Source: Cladosporium halotolerans (Eukaryota). From it: a DNA stretch of 64,000 nucleotides. Below, piece by piece: positions 1-12,363 of this stretch (position 1 is its first letter; every line of letters begins with the position of its first letter). The DNA lies in the NCBI RefSeq assembly GCF_011745625.1, contig NW_027191484.1, forward strand, positions 62,001 to 126,000, written 5' to 3'. Below the pieces are notes generated by a model. The model made no database searches. It saw only the letters and a program-made list of their open reading frames with translations, and was not told the origin of the DNA. The position numbers were made by a program, and so were the translations under genes.

Positions 1-1181
1 ATATATACGTGCTCGCCGGCGCAGAGACTCCGCGCACATGGCATGCGTGCCGTCGCCATACAGCGCGCAGGCCGGCATCAGGATAGCAACATGTGCATCA
101 CATCTCTTGGCCAAAAGGCTATGGGCTCACGTTGTGCTGATACCAAGGCGGCGATTGCATGGGGCCGACTTGGACGCACCGCAGTGGGAAGGCAGTGGGC
201 GTCGCTTGTCTGCGGGAGGCTAGCCGGTCCCATCTGACGTCTTCTCATATCGAAGTGAGGCGTTGCCCGTAATAGCATCGTCCAAGGCCCTAGAGGTAAG
301 AAAGCCTTGCTGCGCGGGCTTGGAATCAGCGCCATCGGCCGCCCTTGCTGATACCAAGAGGTCGGCCAAGCGTGCCAGCGCTGGTTCCGGCGCCACTAAG
401 CCTGGGATGCATGGTGCACCGCATGTTGCACCGCAGGCGTGGCGGTGTGGATCGTCCGGAGTATTGGCTGCTAAGCTTGCGCCTCGCCCCAAAGCAGCAA
501 GGCCGCTGATGATGAGCGACAGGGCGCAGCGGGGGCCCGCAAGGGTGTTTGTAGCCCTGCGCGCTGCTCTCGAGAATCCCGCCGCCGCGGATCCATGCGC
601 GCACAAGGACACACACAAGACACGTTCGTCGCCGACAAAGAATGGTTAGGTGTGTGTGCGAGTGTGGAGCGAGACGTTGCACCGCACACGTGCAGCCTGC
701 ATGTCGGCCACGACATTCTCCACACGCTGCGAAAACGCTCTCCCGCCTCCCAAGTCACCAAGTCAGAGACCTCGCGATCCCTAGCGCTCACGAGGCCCGA
801 AACTTAAAATAGACACAGACGCCCTCAAAGTCCCATGGGTCCCCAGACGGACGCATGATATGCTCCGCTATTCTGCCTCCTGCCTGCGTCGGAGAATTAA
901 CGCTGTGTCGGGCTTCCACTCGGGCTTCGGCTGACTGGGCTTTGTCGAGCGTGCGGCTGATCCGCGCCTCTTATGGGCGTGCGCGCGCAGTGCCGTCGCG
1001 AATACGCGAGCGTGAGGCGCGCCGCGGATGCAGGCGCGCGGCGAAATCGATCGACATCCTAGTCCGTCGTAGTCCCACGGCACGATACGCATAGGCGAAT
1101 GGAAGTGGCAGGTACCCTAGCCTTTACTCTACTTGACAGCTGCAGACACGCATGGCAATGCTGGCCTTGCCCAGGTCGCTC

Positions 1182-2893
1182 TCAGTGCGGACAGCGGTCG
1201 TTGCAAGGCTCGGTACACTCGAATCCCGTGTCATCCACCACGTTGTCGCAGAAGTACACCTTGGCGTCCCTCCCGTCGCCGGAGACCGTCAGTTCGTTGT
1301 CGAACAGCTCGATTCGCTCGCACGGCGCCGCGCCGCTGCAGTCGAGCGTGGCCACCTGGTCCCCCCGCACCGTGCCGCGAGCCTGGCCCCAATGCATGTC
1401 GGTGATTTTGAATCTCGACGTATCGCATCCGCCCGCGACGCCGTTATAGGACGTGCACTGCGTGATGCCCCAAGCGCGCTCCACGTTGTGCATCTGGAAG
1501 TCGCGGAAGGTGATGTTCCGGGCGTGGCCGAAGCCGCCACCTACATGACCGCATTGTCAGATGGGATTGCGTTTCGGAAAATACACACGCGCGGAAGCCA
1601 CGTACCTCCTCCATTGGGCGGATAGCCCGTGTTGACGCCGGTCCACTGCGCCGCGGTTAGCTGATATGTGGCACTGCGAGCAGCCTGGGCCCCAGCCCTA
1701 CTTACCGTCTTGATTCGGGCTCCCCAGATCGTGTCATATAGAACGATATTCTCGGCAGTCACGTTCTCGATCACGTTTATTTGCCCGGGGTATTGACCAA
1801 TGCTGCCCATGGCGAAGCTCAGACCACGGTAGAAGGTGCAGTTTGCAATATAGATGTTCGTCGAGTTCTGTTTCATGCTGATTGAGTCATCTCCGTTGTC
1901 GACGACCCACCTCAGGAAAGTGATATTGTTGGCGTAAACAGTCTTTGGTACCTGTCAGCACACAATGGCTTTCATCATGCGCGAGTCAGGATCAAGGTCT
2001 TTCTTACATCCACTCCATCAGTATTGACAATGCTCCGGAAGTCCCGTCCAGGGCCGGCGGTACAATTCGCGTAAATGTCTTGGAGCAGCACGCGCTCAGA
2101 CCGTGCCACAGTCATCGTCCACATCTGAGACTGAACAAATCGCAAACCTTCGATGACCGATTCTGTCGTGTCGGTGATGGTAATAGCATGCGGGCGACCG
2201 TGCATATTCGACCTGCCCTGGTTCCCTTGATGACGGGATCAATACATATTGATTGAATTTACATGGGGTTCCAGACTTACAGTCGTACCAGACTTGGCCG
2301 TTGCCGTCGAGCGTGCCCACGCCATGGCCGTAGAAATGGATGTAATCTCCACCAATGTGCCAAGCTGAGGTCTGGTTTTGGAATCCAATGGGCAGTGAGT
2401 TCGCGGTCCAGTACTCGATGTCGTCGCTCCACAGCAGCGTGCCGTTGACCTCAACGTCGACGTGCCGTAAGCCGGTCGTGTTCAGCACGGAGCGGACGTA
2501 GTAGGTCGTGTTCGAAAAGACGACATGGCCGTCGGTTTTGCACTCCTCGAACGCAGCGAGGATCGCGGGAGCGTCGTCACCATCTGGCTTGCCTCCGGCT
2601 TCCACGACGCAGGTCTTTCTGCGTTTCGGCCAGTTGCCATCGTGAGAGTACGGCGCACCGCCGCCGGGCAAGGATGGCTTCCAGCAATCATTTTCACCCA
2701 AATACTCGCAGACGAATGGATCCTTGCGGTCCGGCGGCGTCCAGTGCTCTGATGGAGTGCTTGGTGCTGGCAGCGCTGTGGTGCTTACAGTTGACGGGGG
2801 TTGAATGTCGATGAGGGGAGCTTGATCTGCCGCAAGGGCGGTGGAGATTGCAAGGGCAAGCCCAGCACAGCAGAGGCTCAGTTTGCGCGACAT
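1182..2893 (-). CDS. Secreted glycoside hydrolase family 28 (exo-polygalacturonase/rgxB-like), multi-exon
   Basis: Signal peptide MSRKLSLCCAGLALAISTALA; DDAPAILAAF, GTLDGNGQVWYD, NTDG, GDD, GSIGQ and GARIKT motifs spread over ORFs 2096-2923, 1975-2205, 1541-1876 and 1182-1493, joined by GT-AG introns. Confidence 0.9.
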
Positions 2894-4268
2894 GATCACA
2901 ACGTTTTTGTGTTGTTGTTTCACTTTGCAAAAGCCGTCGAGTGAGTAGGCATTTACCCCTCATATGGAAGTCCGCGACTCTTGTCACGCCCAGACTCTAG
3001 CCGCCGGCCAGCCCGATGAAGGTGGAAGTGTGTCTGATGATCTCACAAGTGCTTGCAGCCGTCGACTTTGCTGGCAGGAGCACAACAGGTACATGTACCT
3101 TACCAACCTATACCTTTCATATTCGATGTGCTCTATTACACATGCAAGTTGGCTTAATGCTCGGTCATCTGGTGCAACGATAAATCTTATGCAGATTATT
3201 ATGTACCTTGCAAGGGACCCATTGTGCATCGACAATGCAAGCATGACTGTCCCGCGTGGTGCATTACATCGTGCTCTTCACGGCAGCAGCATTCCAATCT
3301 GACCGTTGTCGATGACACGCGTACTGTGCAAGGGGACAAAAACTCCGAAACCGACACCATGCTCTGACTTCTGTCATGCCTGCCAGTAAGTGCATCGGAC
3401 CGTCGCGCGAGCCAGTCGTTACTGCCGACAACACGGTGACGATACTTTAATCAAGCCCAAGGTAGGCGTGGCCTTACGATGCAGTGACTAATATTCCGAG
3501 CTCTCTGGCGTCCAGCATTGCCTGTCTTCTAGGTGTTGGGGATCTTGCTGGTGACTTCTCCAGATTTTGGCGAAGGCGTGATCGCAACAACTCTACACCA
3601 AACCTGAGATATCTCATGATCAGATATAATCAAAACCGTCGGGGGTTTCCCATAAGGGCGTGATATCCTCGAGAAAAATCAACTGCCGGCTTTGTCTACC
3701 TCAAGATCAACTGTCTCATCGGTCCTGGAGGTGCCGTTCCGAAGTCATGGCATGCATCACGAAAGCACGCAATCCGGCTACACTCGAGCACGACATCCCA
3801 GAAGGCAGAGCTTCACCCGGCTTGACCACTCTTGCGACATCAAGCCCCTCGCTAGGCCACTGTTGCCCTCGAGCTCGAGACAACGCTTATGCGGCCTGAT
3901 ATCTCGGGGCAATAAGAGTGGTCGGTGGCAAGCTTGGATTCTACCTCGAAGATCCACTGGCAGCTCAACTCGAGGATGGCGTGCGCACATGGCTGCATCC
4001 TACGACCTGTGCTGGACTCGCAATCCCTCGTGCTGGGCTCAGCCGCCCTATTAGGACTCTCGTACCCATGCTTCGGCCTCTCAATGCTCCATCGCCAGTG
4101 GGACCGCGGGAATAGGTGATAATGTTTTCCCCATCGCGTGCGAGCGGTCCCACCACGCGGCCATTTCTCCAAATACCATAAGAATGCACATGGCTCTATA
4201 TCCGATCGTCTCTTCACCACGTGCTCCTCACCTCACTTACCGGCTAATCTCCCCCCCGCTCCTACAAA

Positions 4269-6230
4269 ATGAGCACCTTCGCCGACCCCGTGCCAACGGC
4301 CATAACACGCCCCGGCCGCAAAAGCCACGACCCTGACGCCAAAAACCCAGGCTTCGTCGACACCAAACTCTCTGCTGAGCTCTCCTCAGACAGCCTCCCG
4401 CTCTCCGAAGCCGAGCTGAAAGAAAATCCCTTCCTGGACCGCAATGTCGCGCAAACGTACCGCGCGATCTACGATGAAGCCGGGTACGAGTGCCGCGATG
4501 CGTTCGACCCGGATTTGACGTGGACGCGCGAGGAGGAGCGGAGCGTGAAGCGCAAAGTCGATTTGAGAGTGACGACGTGGGCGTGCGTGATGTTTTTCGC
4601 GCTCAATGTTGATCGCGGGAATCTGAAGCAGGCGATTGCGGATAACTTGCTGGATGATTTGGGGCTGACGACGGATCATTATAATACGGGTGAGTCCCTG
4701 GAATGGCAGCAAACAAGCGACGAATTAGTCCGTTGCTGACTGCGCATACAGGAAACACGATTTTCTATCTCTCGTTCTTGGTGGCTGAATTGCCGTCTCA
4801 GCTCCTTTCGAAAAAGCTAGGTCCAGATAGGTGGATCCCGATGCAAGGTTAGTTGAGAAGCCTCGTCTTTCGACCGTGCGGATATGATGCTAACTGGAGG
4901 CAGTCACGTTGTGGTCCGTTGTCGCTATATCGCAGGCCGCTTTGAGTGGCAAGGCTAGCTTCTACGCTACTCGCGCTCTGCTTGGTGCTCTCGAGGGCGG
5001 CTTCAGTAAGTCAAGCAATTCGATGCGAACGACTTCTCGGCTGACAGCAAATGCAGTTCCCGATCTTATCCTTTGGCTGAGCTACTTTTACAAAAGCAAG
5101 GAACTGACCATGCGATTGAGCTGGTTCTGGATCTCGCGTTACCTCACCATGGTGATCACCTCGCTGATGGCGTACGGACTCCTCCACATGCGCGGCGTAC
5201 ACGGGATGGAGGGTTGGCGATGGCTGTTTCTCGTCGAGGGTCTCATCACGCTTGCAATCGGTCTTGCCTCGTTCTTCCTCATGCCGGCGTCAGCGGTGCA
5301 GACCAAGACCTGGTTTCGTCCCAATGGCTGGTTCACGGATCGTGAAGTGGGTATTGTCGTCAACCGAGTCTTGCGCGATGATCCGTCAAAGGGAGACATG
5401 CACAACAGGACTGGTCTCTCGCTGAAGAATCTTTGGGATTCGATTCGCGATTATGACCTTTGGCCGGTGAGTACAGGTTGCTGTCCGGGAAAGCGAGCAT
5501 ACGCTGACAGATGGTCTCCAGATCTATATCGTCGGCTTCGTTTTCATGATTCCTCAGTCTACTGCCGACCAGTACCTGACCCTGATCCTGCGTCAGCTGG
5601 GATACAACCAGGTAGGCCTCATCACTAAACAACAGACATTGTCCGATGCTAACACCCTTTCAGTTCAATGCCAATCTCCTGTCAATTCCCAACCAAGTCA
5701 TTAGCTGCTTCACCCTCTTCGGTGCAACGTGGTTCAGCGAGTTCATCAACCAGCGTATGCTCACAGCATCCACGCAGAACATTTGGCTGCTGCCTTGCCT
5801 GATCGCTCTCCGCTGGTGGCCCGGCGCGCAAGTCAATGCATGGGCGACCTTCGCCCTCATGACGGTCCTGCTCAGCTGCCCATACACCCATGTCATCAAC
5901 GTCTCGCTAACATCGCGCAATTCCGGCTCGGTGCGTACGCGCTCCGTCTCAGCCGCCTTCTACAACATCACCGTGCAGGTCGGCACGATCATCTCGTCAA
6001 ACATCTACCGCGAGAACGACAAGCCGCTCTACCACAAGGGCAACGAGGCCCTGCTGGGTATCGACGTCTGCGCAATCGTGCTGTTCGTATTCGCGAAAGT
6101 GTATTATGTGTGGAGGAACAAGCAGAGGGAGGCCAAGTGGAGTTCCATGACCGAGGAGGAACAGGCGGACTACGTCCTCAATACCAAGGACGAGGGCAAC
6201 AAGAGGCTGGACTTCCGGTTCGCGCATTAG
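4269..6230 (+). CDS. MFS transporter, allantoate permease (Dal5/ACS)-like family, multi-exon
   Basis: [50 protein letters not shown] and C-terminal KRLDFRFAH; many hydrophobic segments; several GT-AG introns. Confidence 0.9.
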
Positions 6231-6923
6231 CCTGTCTTGTCCTGCGCTTGGAAGTGCTGGGAGGCTTCGGGTGGCGCATTCGTCACACGGAGATGGTATC
6301 ACAACAAAAACTTCCAAACGGATAATGTTGCGCGGCTCGACAAACATTTTGATCAAAAACGCATCGATCCAGTTTTGAGGTAGTCCCGTTCCGTAGACCC
6401 ACCCTGTAGATCGTCGTCAGGAAGCACCCGGCACGTCTTACTCTTTGCCCTACTCGTTGCTGACGCCAAGTGGTCTTGAGGCTCGATCCTGTTCGCCTAA
6501 CCAGGCTGCACCCCGCTTTACGGGCGTTGTTTCAGACCCGCGTCGCACGCGCCATTATTCGACAGATATACCGCTATCAATGCGCGCATTCACGCCCGGC
6601 CGCCAACGAGTCGGTCAGAGACTGGCGACGATAATGTTGAGAGACAGTGCATGCTGGCCGGCCTTCCGCGGGCCGGGCCTGTCAAGCGGAGTAGAGCACT
6701 GCGGAGCCTGGTGACGTCGCTTAACAAACACGCAGCGTCAGAGCTTCTCCCACCGAGCCGGGCAGCCACCAGAGGCGCGCGCTCAGCCAAACGCCCGCCC
6801 AGGACGTGGCAGGTCTGCTGAGCTGCTTCGCCGCGCCCCCATCACCTCCCTCCGCCCACGCCGCCCTCTTGCATGTCTTTCGACTCCCTCCCCCATCCGC
6901 GGCTCTCATCCACATCGCCCACC

Positions 6924-9047
6924 ATGGACTACAAGACTCTCCGCCCGCAGCCCAAGAGCGTCAAGAAGGCGCCGTTCACCGTCGAGGTGCCCGGCGTGCA
7001 GAAGAAGGACGGCGAGACCATCCCCAGGAGGAACCACCGCACCAAGGATGGCCTCGTGTCGACGCCCGCGCCCGATGTCAAGACCATATGGGACATCGTC
7101 CGCACTGCCAGCAAGAAGTACGGCAACGCCAAGGCCACCGGCAAGCGCAAGCTGATCACCATGCACGAGGAGACCAAGAAGATCAAGAAGAACATCGATG
7201 GCCAGGAGCAGGAGGTCGACAAGAAGTGGCAGTACTACGAGCTGTCGCCGTATGAGTACGCTTCCTTCACCGAGCACGAGGCCACCGCGCTGAAGGTCGG
7301 CTGCGGCTTCCGCTCCCTTGGTATGGAGGCCGGCGATCGCGTTCACCTTTACGCCGCCACCCACCCGTACTGGCTGGCTACTGCGCACGGCGCCTCCAGC
7401 CAGAGCATGCCGATCGTCACCGCATACGACACGCTCGGCGAGGAGGGTCTCAAGCACTCCCTGCTCGCAACCAAGGCCAAGGCCATGTTCCTCGACCCTC
7501 ACCTCCTCACCAGACTCATCGCGCCGCTCAAGGAGGCTAAGGACATTCAGAACGTGATCTACAACGACGACGAGGCGCCCTCCTCCAAGACCGAGCCGGA
7601 GAAGCTCAAGGCGGATATCGCGAAGCTGAAGGAGGCACACCCCCACTTGAATGTGCTCAGCTTCTCAGAGCTCACCAGGAAGGGCGAGGAGGCCGCTGTG
7701 CCGCCGGTTCCTCCGCAGCCCGAAGACCTGTGCTGCATCATGTTCACATCCGGCTCCACCGGCACACCCAAGGGTGTGCTTCTCACACACAAGAACGTCG
7801 TCGCTGCCATCGCTGGTGTTGACGTGATTGTCGGCCCTTACCTTGGCCCTGGTGACGGTCTCCTCGCATACCTCCCTCTCGCACACATTCTTGAGTTCGT
7901 CTTCGAGACCGCCTGCATTTGGTGGGGTGGCACCATGGGTTACGGCCACCCCAAGACCATCTCCGACAACTCCGTGCGCAAGTGCCGTGGCGACATTGCC
8001 GAATTCAAGCCTACGGTGCTGGTCGGCGTGCCGGCTGTCTGGGAGACCGTCAAGAAGGGCATCATGAGCAAGGTCGGCAAGATGAACCCCGTGGTCAAGA
8101 ACATGTTCTGGGGCGCTATGAGCGCGAAGGGTTTCATGATGGACCACGCCGGCTACCTGCCTTTCGCCGGCATCGGTACCAGCGTTGTCGACACCGTTGT
8201 TTTCAAGAAGATTCAGGAGGCGACTGGCGGCAAGCTCCGCATTTGTCTGAACGGCGGTGGTCCCATCGCCAAGGATACCCAGCGCTTCATCTCCATGTGC
8301 ATTGCTCCCATGATCGGCGGCTACGGTCTCACCGAGACCTCAGCCATGGGTGCCCTCCAGGACCCCCTCGCATGGACCGACTCCGCACTCGGCGAGGTCC
8401 CCGGCAGCGTCGAAGTCAAGCTCGTCGATTTCCCTGACGCCGGCTATTACTCGACCAACAACCCGCCGCAGGGCGAGATCTGGATCCGCGGCGACTCGGT
8501 CGCTCAGGGCTACCTGGACCTCCCGAAGGAGACGCAGGAATCCTTCAAGGACGGCTGGTTCCTCACGGGCGACATTGGCGAGTTCGACTCCCAGGGTAAC
8601 CTGCGCATCATCGACCGCAAGAAGAACCTCGTCAAGACGCTTAACGGCGAGTACATCGCGCTGGAGAAGCTCGAGTCCGTCTACCGCTCCTGCCCCGTCG
8701 TTGGCAACATCTGCGTCTACGCCGCCCAGGACAAGAACAAGCCCGTCGCCATCGTCGTCCCCAACGAGCCTGCGCTGAAGGAGCTCGCGAACAACAACGG
8801 CATCGCCGGCTCCGCGCTCGAGGAGCTCTGCCACAACAAGAAGCTCAACGGCATTGTTCTTCGGGAGATGCACGCTTCGGGCAAGAAGGGCGGCCTCAAC
8901 GGCATCGAGCTCATCGAGGGTGTCGTGCTCTCCGACGAGGAGTGGACGCCGCAGAACGGCCTCGTCACTTCGGCCCAGAAGCTGAACCGCAAGGGTATTT
9001 TGGAGAAGTACCAGAAGGAGATCGACACCGCATACGGCGGCAAGTAG
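6924..9047 (+). CDS. FAA1: Long-chain fatty acyl-CoA synthetase
   Basis: Intronless ORF with AMP-binding motif IMFTSGSTGTPKGV, YLPLAHILE, GYGLTE, DGWFLTGDIG, IIDRKKNLVK; start at ACCATGG. Confidence 0.95.
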   Translation: MDYKTLRPQPKSVKKAPFTVEVPGVQKKDGETIPRRNHRTKDGLVSTPAPDVKTIWDIVRTASKKYGNAKATGKRKLITMHEETKKIKKNIDGQEQEVDKKWQYYELSPYEYASFTEHEATALKVGCGFRSLGMEAGDRVHLYAATHPYWLATAHGASSQSMPIVTAYDTLGEEGLKHSLLATKAKAMFLDPHLLTRLIAPLKEAKDIQNVIYNDDEAPSSKTEPEKLKADIAKLKEAHPHLNVLSFSELTRKGEEAAVPPVPPQPEDLCCIMFTSGSTGTPKGVLLTHKNVVAAIAGVDVIVGPYLGPGDGLLAYLPLAHILEFVFETACIWWGGTMGYGHPKTISDNSVRKCRGDIAEFKPTVLVGVPAVWETVKKGIMSKVGKMNPVVKNMFWGAMSAKGFMMDHAGYLPFAGIGTSVVDTVVFKKIQEATGGKLRICLNGGGPIAKDTQRFISMCIAPMIGGYGLTETSAMGALQDPLAWTDSALGEVPGSVEVKLVDFPDAGYYSTNNPPQGEIWIRGDSVAQGYLDLPKETQESFKDGWFLTGDIGEFDSQGNLRIIDRKKNLVKTLNGEYIALEKLESVYRSCPVVGNICVYAAQDKNKPVAIVVPNEPALKELANNNGIAGSALEELCHNKKLNGIVLREMHASGKKGGLNGIELIEGVVLSDEEWTPQNGLVTSAQKLNRKGILEKYQKEIDTAYGGK

Positions 9048-9772
9048 AGCCTTGGAAGAGAATAAGAGAGAGAGATTGGAAGGGATAACTGGGAAGGATT
9101 GGAGCAAAGATAATTTGGACGGTTTTCACGATCAGCGGGCGTCTTTTCGAAACGGGAATATACTCTCTACTGTTTTTCTATGCTAGCTGTGCTTTTTCTC
9201 TAATGCCTTCTACACTCTTGACTCCATGCTTCGTGCGGGCGTTTCGGCGGCTGTTTTGCGCGTTTGCGCTCGTTCTTCACTCTCCCATCATTCGTTGAAC
9301 AATCCGGAAACCTGCTAGATGTCTAGTAACATAGCATCAAGTAATGAGTACCCCTGAGGGTAACTACAGCGAGCGAATCCTAACGGCGCCATCCTTCAAC
9401 TGTTCAACCGTAAGCGCCCGGCTCGCAAGCGCCACCAACAGCGGCACCGCGTCGCTAGCGCGGCAAGCAGGGTTTAATATCTGCATGCATTTTGCCGAGC
9501 ATAGAGTATATTAGCTGACTTCACTTCTTTTGGAGAGGTTATATGGGCTAGACATGAGGAGAGTTTGCGGCGCGAGGGAAGAGGCGCGTAGGAAGCGTGT
9601 GATGGGATGAACGCTTTGTATCGTCGAAGTGAAAGAGAGGCGTGGAGTCCCGTTCCACTGATGGGTTGAAGGAGCCGGATTACACATTCTCTCATCAATC
9701 GTTCGCATGCACAATTCTGAACAAAAAGCTTCCTATCTCCTCGAAGCACCAACCACTCACGCCCCATGCAAA

Positions 9773-10207
9773 ATGCTCTCTTCACTACACACATTACCCA
9801 CTCTCGTCGCCATTCTGACCCTCACCACTCTCGCCACAGCGTTCCACAACCTCAACCTCAACCAGCAACCCCTCCTCCAACCCCCCACAACCCTTCACAC
9901 AATCGCCTCAACATCAACATCCTACGCCTTCCTTCTCGCCACACAGACACGCACGCGCTACGTCGACGACGACGGCTCGACAGCCGTTCCTCGACCGGTT
10001 CAGACTTGGTACGCGGGACAGAAAGAGAGGGGATGCGATCGCACGGCGTGCGCAAGTTGTTGGGTTTGGTATGGGTGTCGTGGGGGAGAGTGGTGAGTTT
10101 TTTCCTTCCTTCCGCGTGTGGTGTTGTGAGGTGACTCGGAGATGGCTGACGAAGTGATGTGGGTTAGCGAGGAGTGTAGTGGGGCGGAGTACTGCCGGTG
10201 TGAGTGA
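9773..10207 (+). CDS. Small secreted cysteine-rich protein (119 aa, 8 Cys), 2 exons
   Basis: Hydrophobic N-terminus MLSSLHTLPTLVAILTLTTLATA; intron 10093-10167 (GTGAGT..GCTGAC..TTAG) gives C-terminus CDRTACASCWVWYGCRGGECEECSGAEYCRCE*. Confidence 0.7.
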
Positions 10208-10357
10208 GAGGTGAAAAAGTGTTGATTCGAATTGGGCATCAAGACTGTGGCGAGGGCCGAAGGGCGCGAGGAAGGGGGGTTTGTGTGTACATATTCATTC
10301 TTCAAGATTGTGAGAGCATCCTGAGATGTACACGGCCGCCATCAATTCATCAACTCG

Positions 10358-11860
10358 TCAATCATCCCCTTCCCTCTCAAGCACATCAACCTCATCCCCC
10401 ACACTCAAAATCCCATACTCCACCAAAGGCAGCACCTGCATCCCCAAAAACGCCGCCCCCGGCTCCTCCCCCCTCGTCTTCCGCGTCCGCATCAGCGTCC
10501 CATACGGCTCGTTCTTATCCTTCATGCCCGTGTCCGGGTCCACATTCGGCAGCGTGCACCTCGAAGTTCCGCACCCGAACAGAAACTCCGCTTTCGCAAC
10601 GCCCCTCGCATGGCTCGTCGCCGACCGCCCGCGCCCATTGCCCTCGAAATCCATCCGCGGCTGGATGCAGCGGCCGAGGGCGGCGCGGCGCCAGCCGTCT
10701 TCTTCGAACGCAGGCGCGCCGTCGATGTAGATGTTCGCGCGGAAGCGGCGGGCGTCGAGGCGGTGTTTCATGTTTGCGCTGGCTGGGAGGTTGGCGTCCA
10801 GCGCGCGCACGCTGGCGAGGTTGAGGATGTGCGCGCAGTAGCTGTCGGAGAAGCCGATTTCGAAGCGGCCGTCGGCGAGGTCCTGGGGCAGGTTGCGGGT
10901 GACGGGGCGCAGGCGGGTGTCGTCGCGCTTGAAGAGGGCGAGGGGCTTGCGGACGCCGAGGAAGCGGCGGAGTTTTTCGAGGGAGGATGGGTCGATTTCG
11001 TTGGAGATGTTGGTGGCTTGCGGGCGGTCTTTCCAGACGGTGACGGCTTCGGATGTGTACATTTTGGCTTCTGCGCGTTCGGGCGTGGGCGCGAGGGGGA
11101 TTCTGATGGTTACGGTTTCGGTGCGGAGGCCAATGGGGTTGAAGTCTGGTTGGTAGGGGAAGCTGATGATCAAGCAGCCGCCATTTGATGCCCAGTCTGA
11201 GGCGATGGAGGGGACTGAGAGTTTACGGCGCCGCTCTGCGTCAATGCCAGCTGATTCAAGGACGACGGTGCCCTTGCGGCTCCTGCTGCGGCTTTTTGAT
11301 ATTTCTGTGCTGTCGTCCGAGATGTTCCTTGTGTGGTTGATAGATTGGATGGGTGCCTGCTTCCTCATATCCGGCACCCAGAGCTCGGTCTTGACCAATG
11401 CTAGACGGGGTAATTCCCGGGCGGTGATGAAGCGCCATTCCTGCTCGCCGTCCGAGCTGGTCTCTGCAGGCGAGTTGGAAGGTGCCGGCTTCGTGTGAAG
11501 TTGGGCAAACGTGAACATCCGATCGTATCTCAAGCCAGTACTTTCAATCTCGGAAGCAGGCAGCTCAATTCCACGGCATGATTTGATTGGGTAGGTGAAG
11601 AGTGCTTTTACCCTAGGTCTCTGCCCGTCATTGATTGGGGCGCTTTGACTGAACTGATCTTTCAGATTACTTCGGCCATCGGGAAGGCCAAAGCGTCGAC
11701 ATCCAGATAATGAATCGGTCCGTAACTTCGAGCTAGCTGGACTCACATCTTTATAGATGGTGAAGAAAAGGGGCGCGACGATGAGTGCGACAGTTGCGAG
11801 AACTCCAGGCGCAGAAAGATATTCGATGTAATGGTCCAGTAATGCCAAAGCCAGAGACAT
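10358..11860 (-). CDS. MOSC-domain protein (mARC/molybdenum cofactor sulfurase C-terminal-like) with N-terminal membrane anchor
   Basis: LFTYPIKSCRG, DRMFTFA, RRFRANIYIDG, RCTLPNVDPDTG, LSVGD motifs. Confidence 0.9.
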   Translation of the reverse strand: MSLALALLDHYIEYLSAPGVLATVALIVAPLFFTIYKDVSPASSKLRTDSLSGCRRFGLPDGRSNLKDQFSQSAPINDGQRPRVKALFTYPIKSCRGIELPASEIESTGLRYDRMFTFAQLHTKPAPSNSPAETSSDGEQEWRFITARELPRLALVKTELWVPDMRKQAPIQSINHTRNISDDSTEISKSRSRSRKGTVVLESAGIDAERRRKLSVPSIASDWASNGGCLIISFPYQPDFNPIGLRTETVTIRIPLAPTPERAEAKMYTSEAVTVWKDRPQATNISNEIDPSSLEKLRRFLGVRKPLALFKRDDTRLRPVTRNLPQDLADGRFEIGFSDSYCAHILNLASVRALDANLPASANMKHRLDARRFRANIYIDGAPAFEEDGWRRAALGRCIQPRMDFEGNGRGRSATSHARGVAKAEFLFGCGTSRCTLPNVDPDTGMKDKNEPYGTLMRTRKTRGEEPGAAFLGMQVLPLVEYGILSVGDEVDVLEREGDD

Positions 11861-12363
11861 GGCTGGTGCGGAGATCTCCAGGAGCTCTAAACTCAACGAT
11901 GATTTAGAACGATCGTATATCGCAAAAGATGTTGGAAATGTACAGAACCATCAAAAAGCAGGGCAGAAGTGAGCTGTCAGCTGGGCATCCGAGTTGGTGC
12001 AACCCCTTCACACAAGCACTGAACTCGTCCGTCTGGCACGATAAGGTTGCACATGCATGCCGTAGGGGTGTAACTCGATGGGAGAGATTCAAGATTTGGT
12101 CGCAGTATATTGGAAGGTCGTCGAGATCTGGTCTGGGCTGGCGCCCAATGTGAAGTGGAGGAGCAAGCGACGTCGTCGGCGGCTTCAGCCGAACCCACCA
12201 CACGCAAGCGGCGCGTACGAAGCAACGCGTCGATTGCAACCTTATCGACGACAACCGAAAATCTGGGGACGACAAGGGCATTGGGCTTGGTCTGACCGTC
12301 GTCGCATCGACACCATCCGATCGACAAGACGACGCATGTGATAGTCCTTGTGTTAGGGCAGCA

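Noticed and set aside
1..1100. ORFs in the first kilobase
   Set aside because: Short overlapping GC-rich frames without recognisable domains; treated as intergenic.
6906..9107. Long antisense ORFs over FAA1 (likewise 29705-30913, 33492-34331, 35987-36841, 26545-27444)
   Set aside because: Shadow frames produced by high third-position GC in the real genes on the opposite strand.
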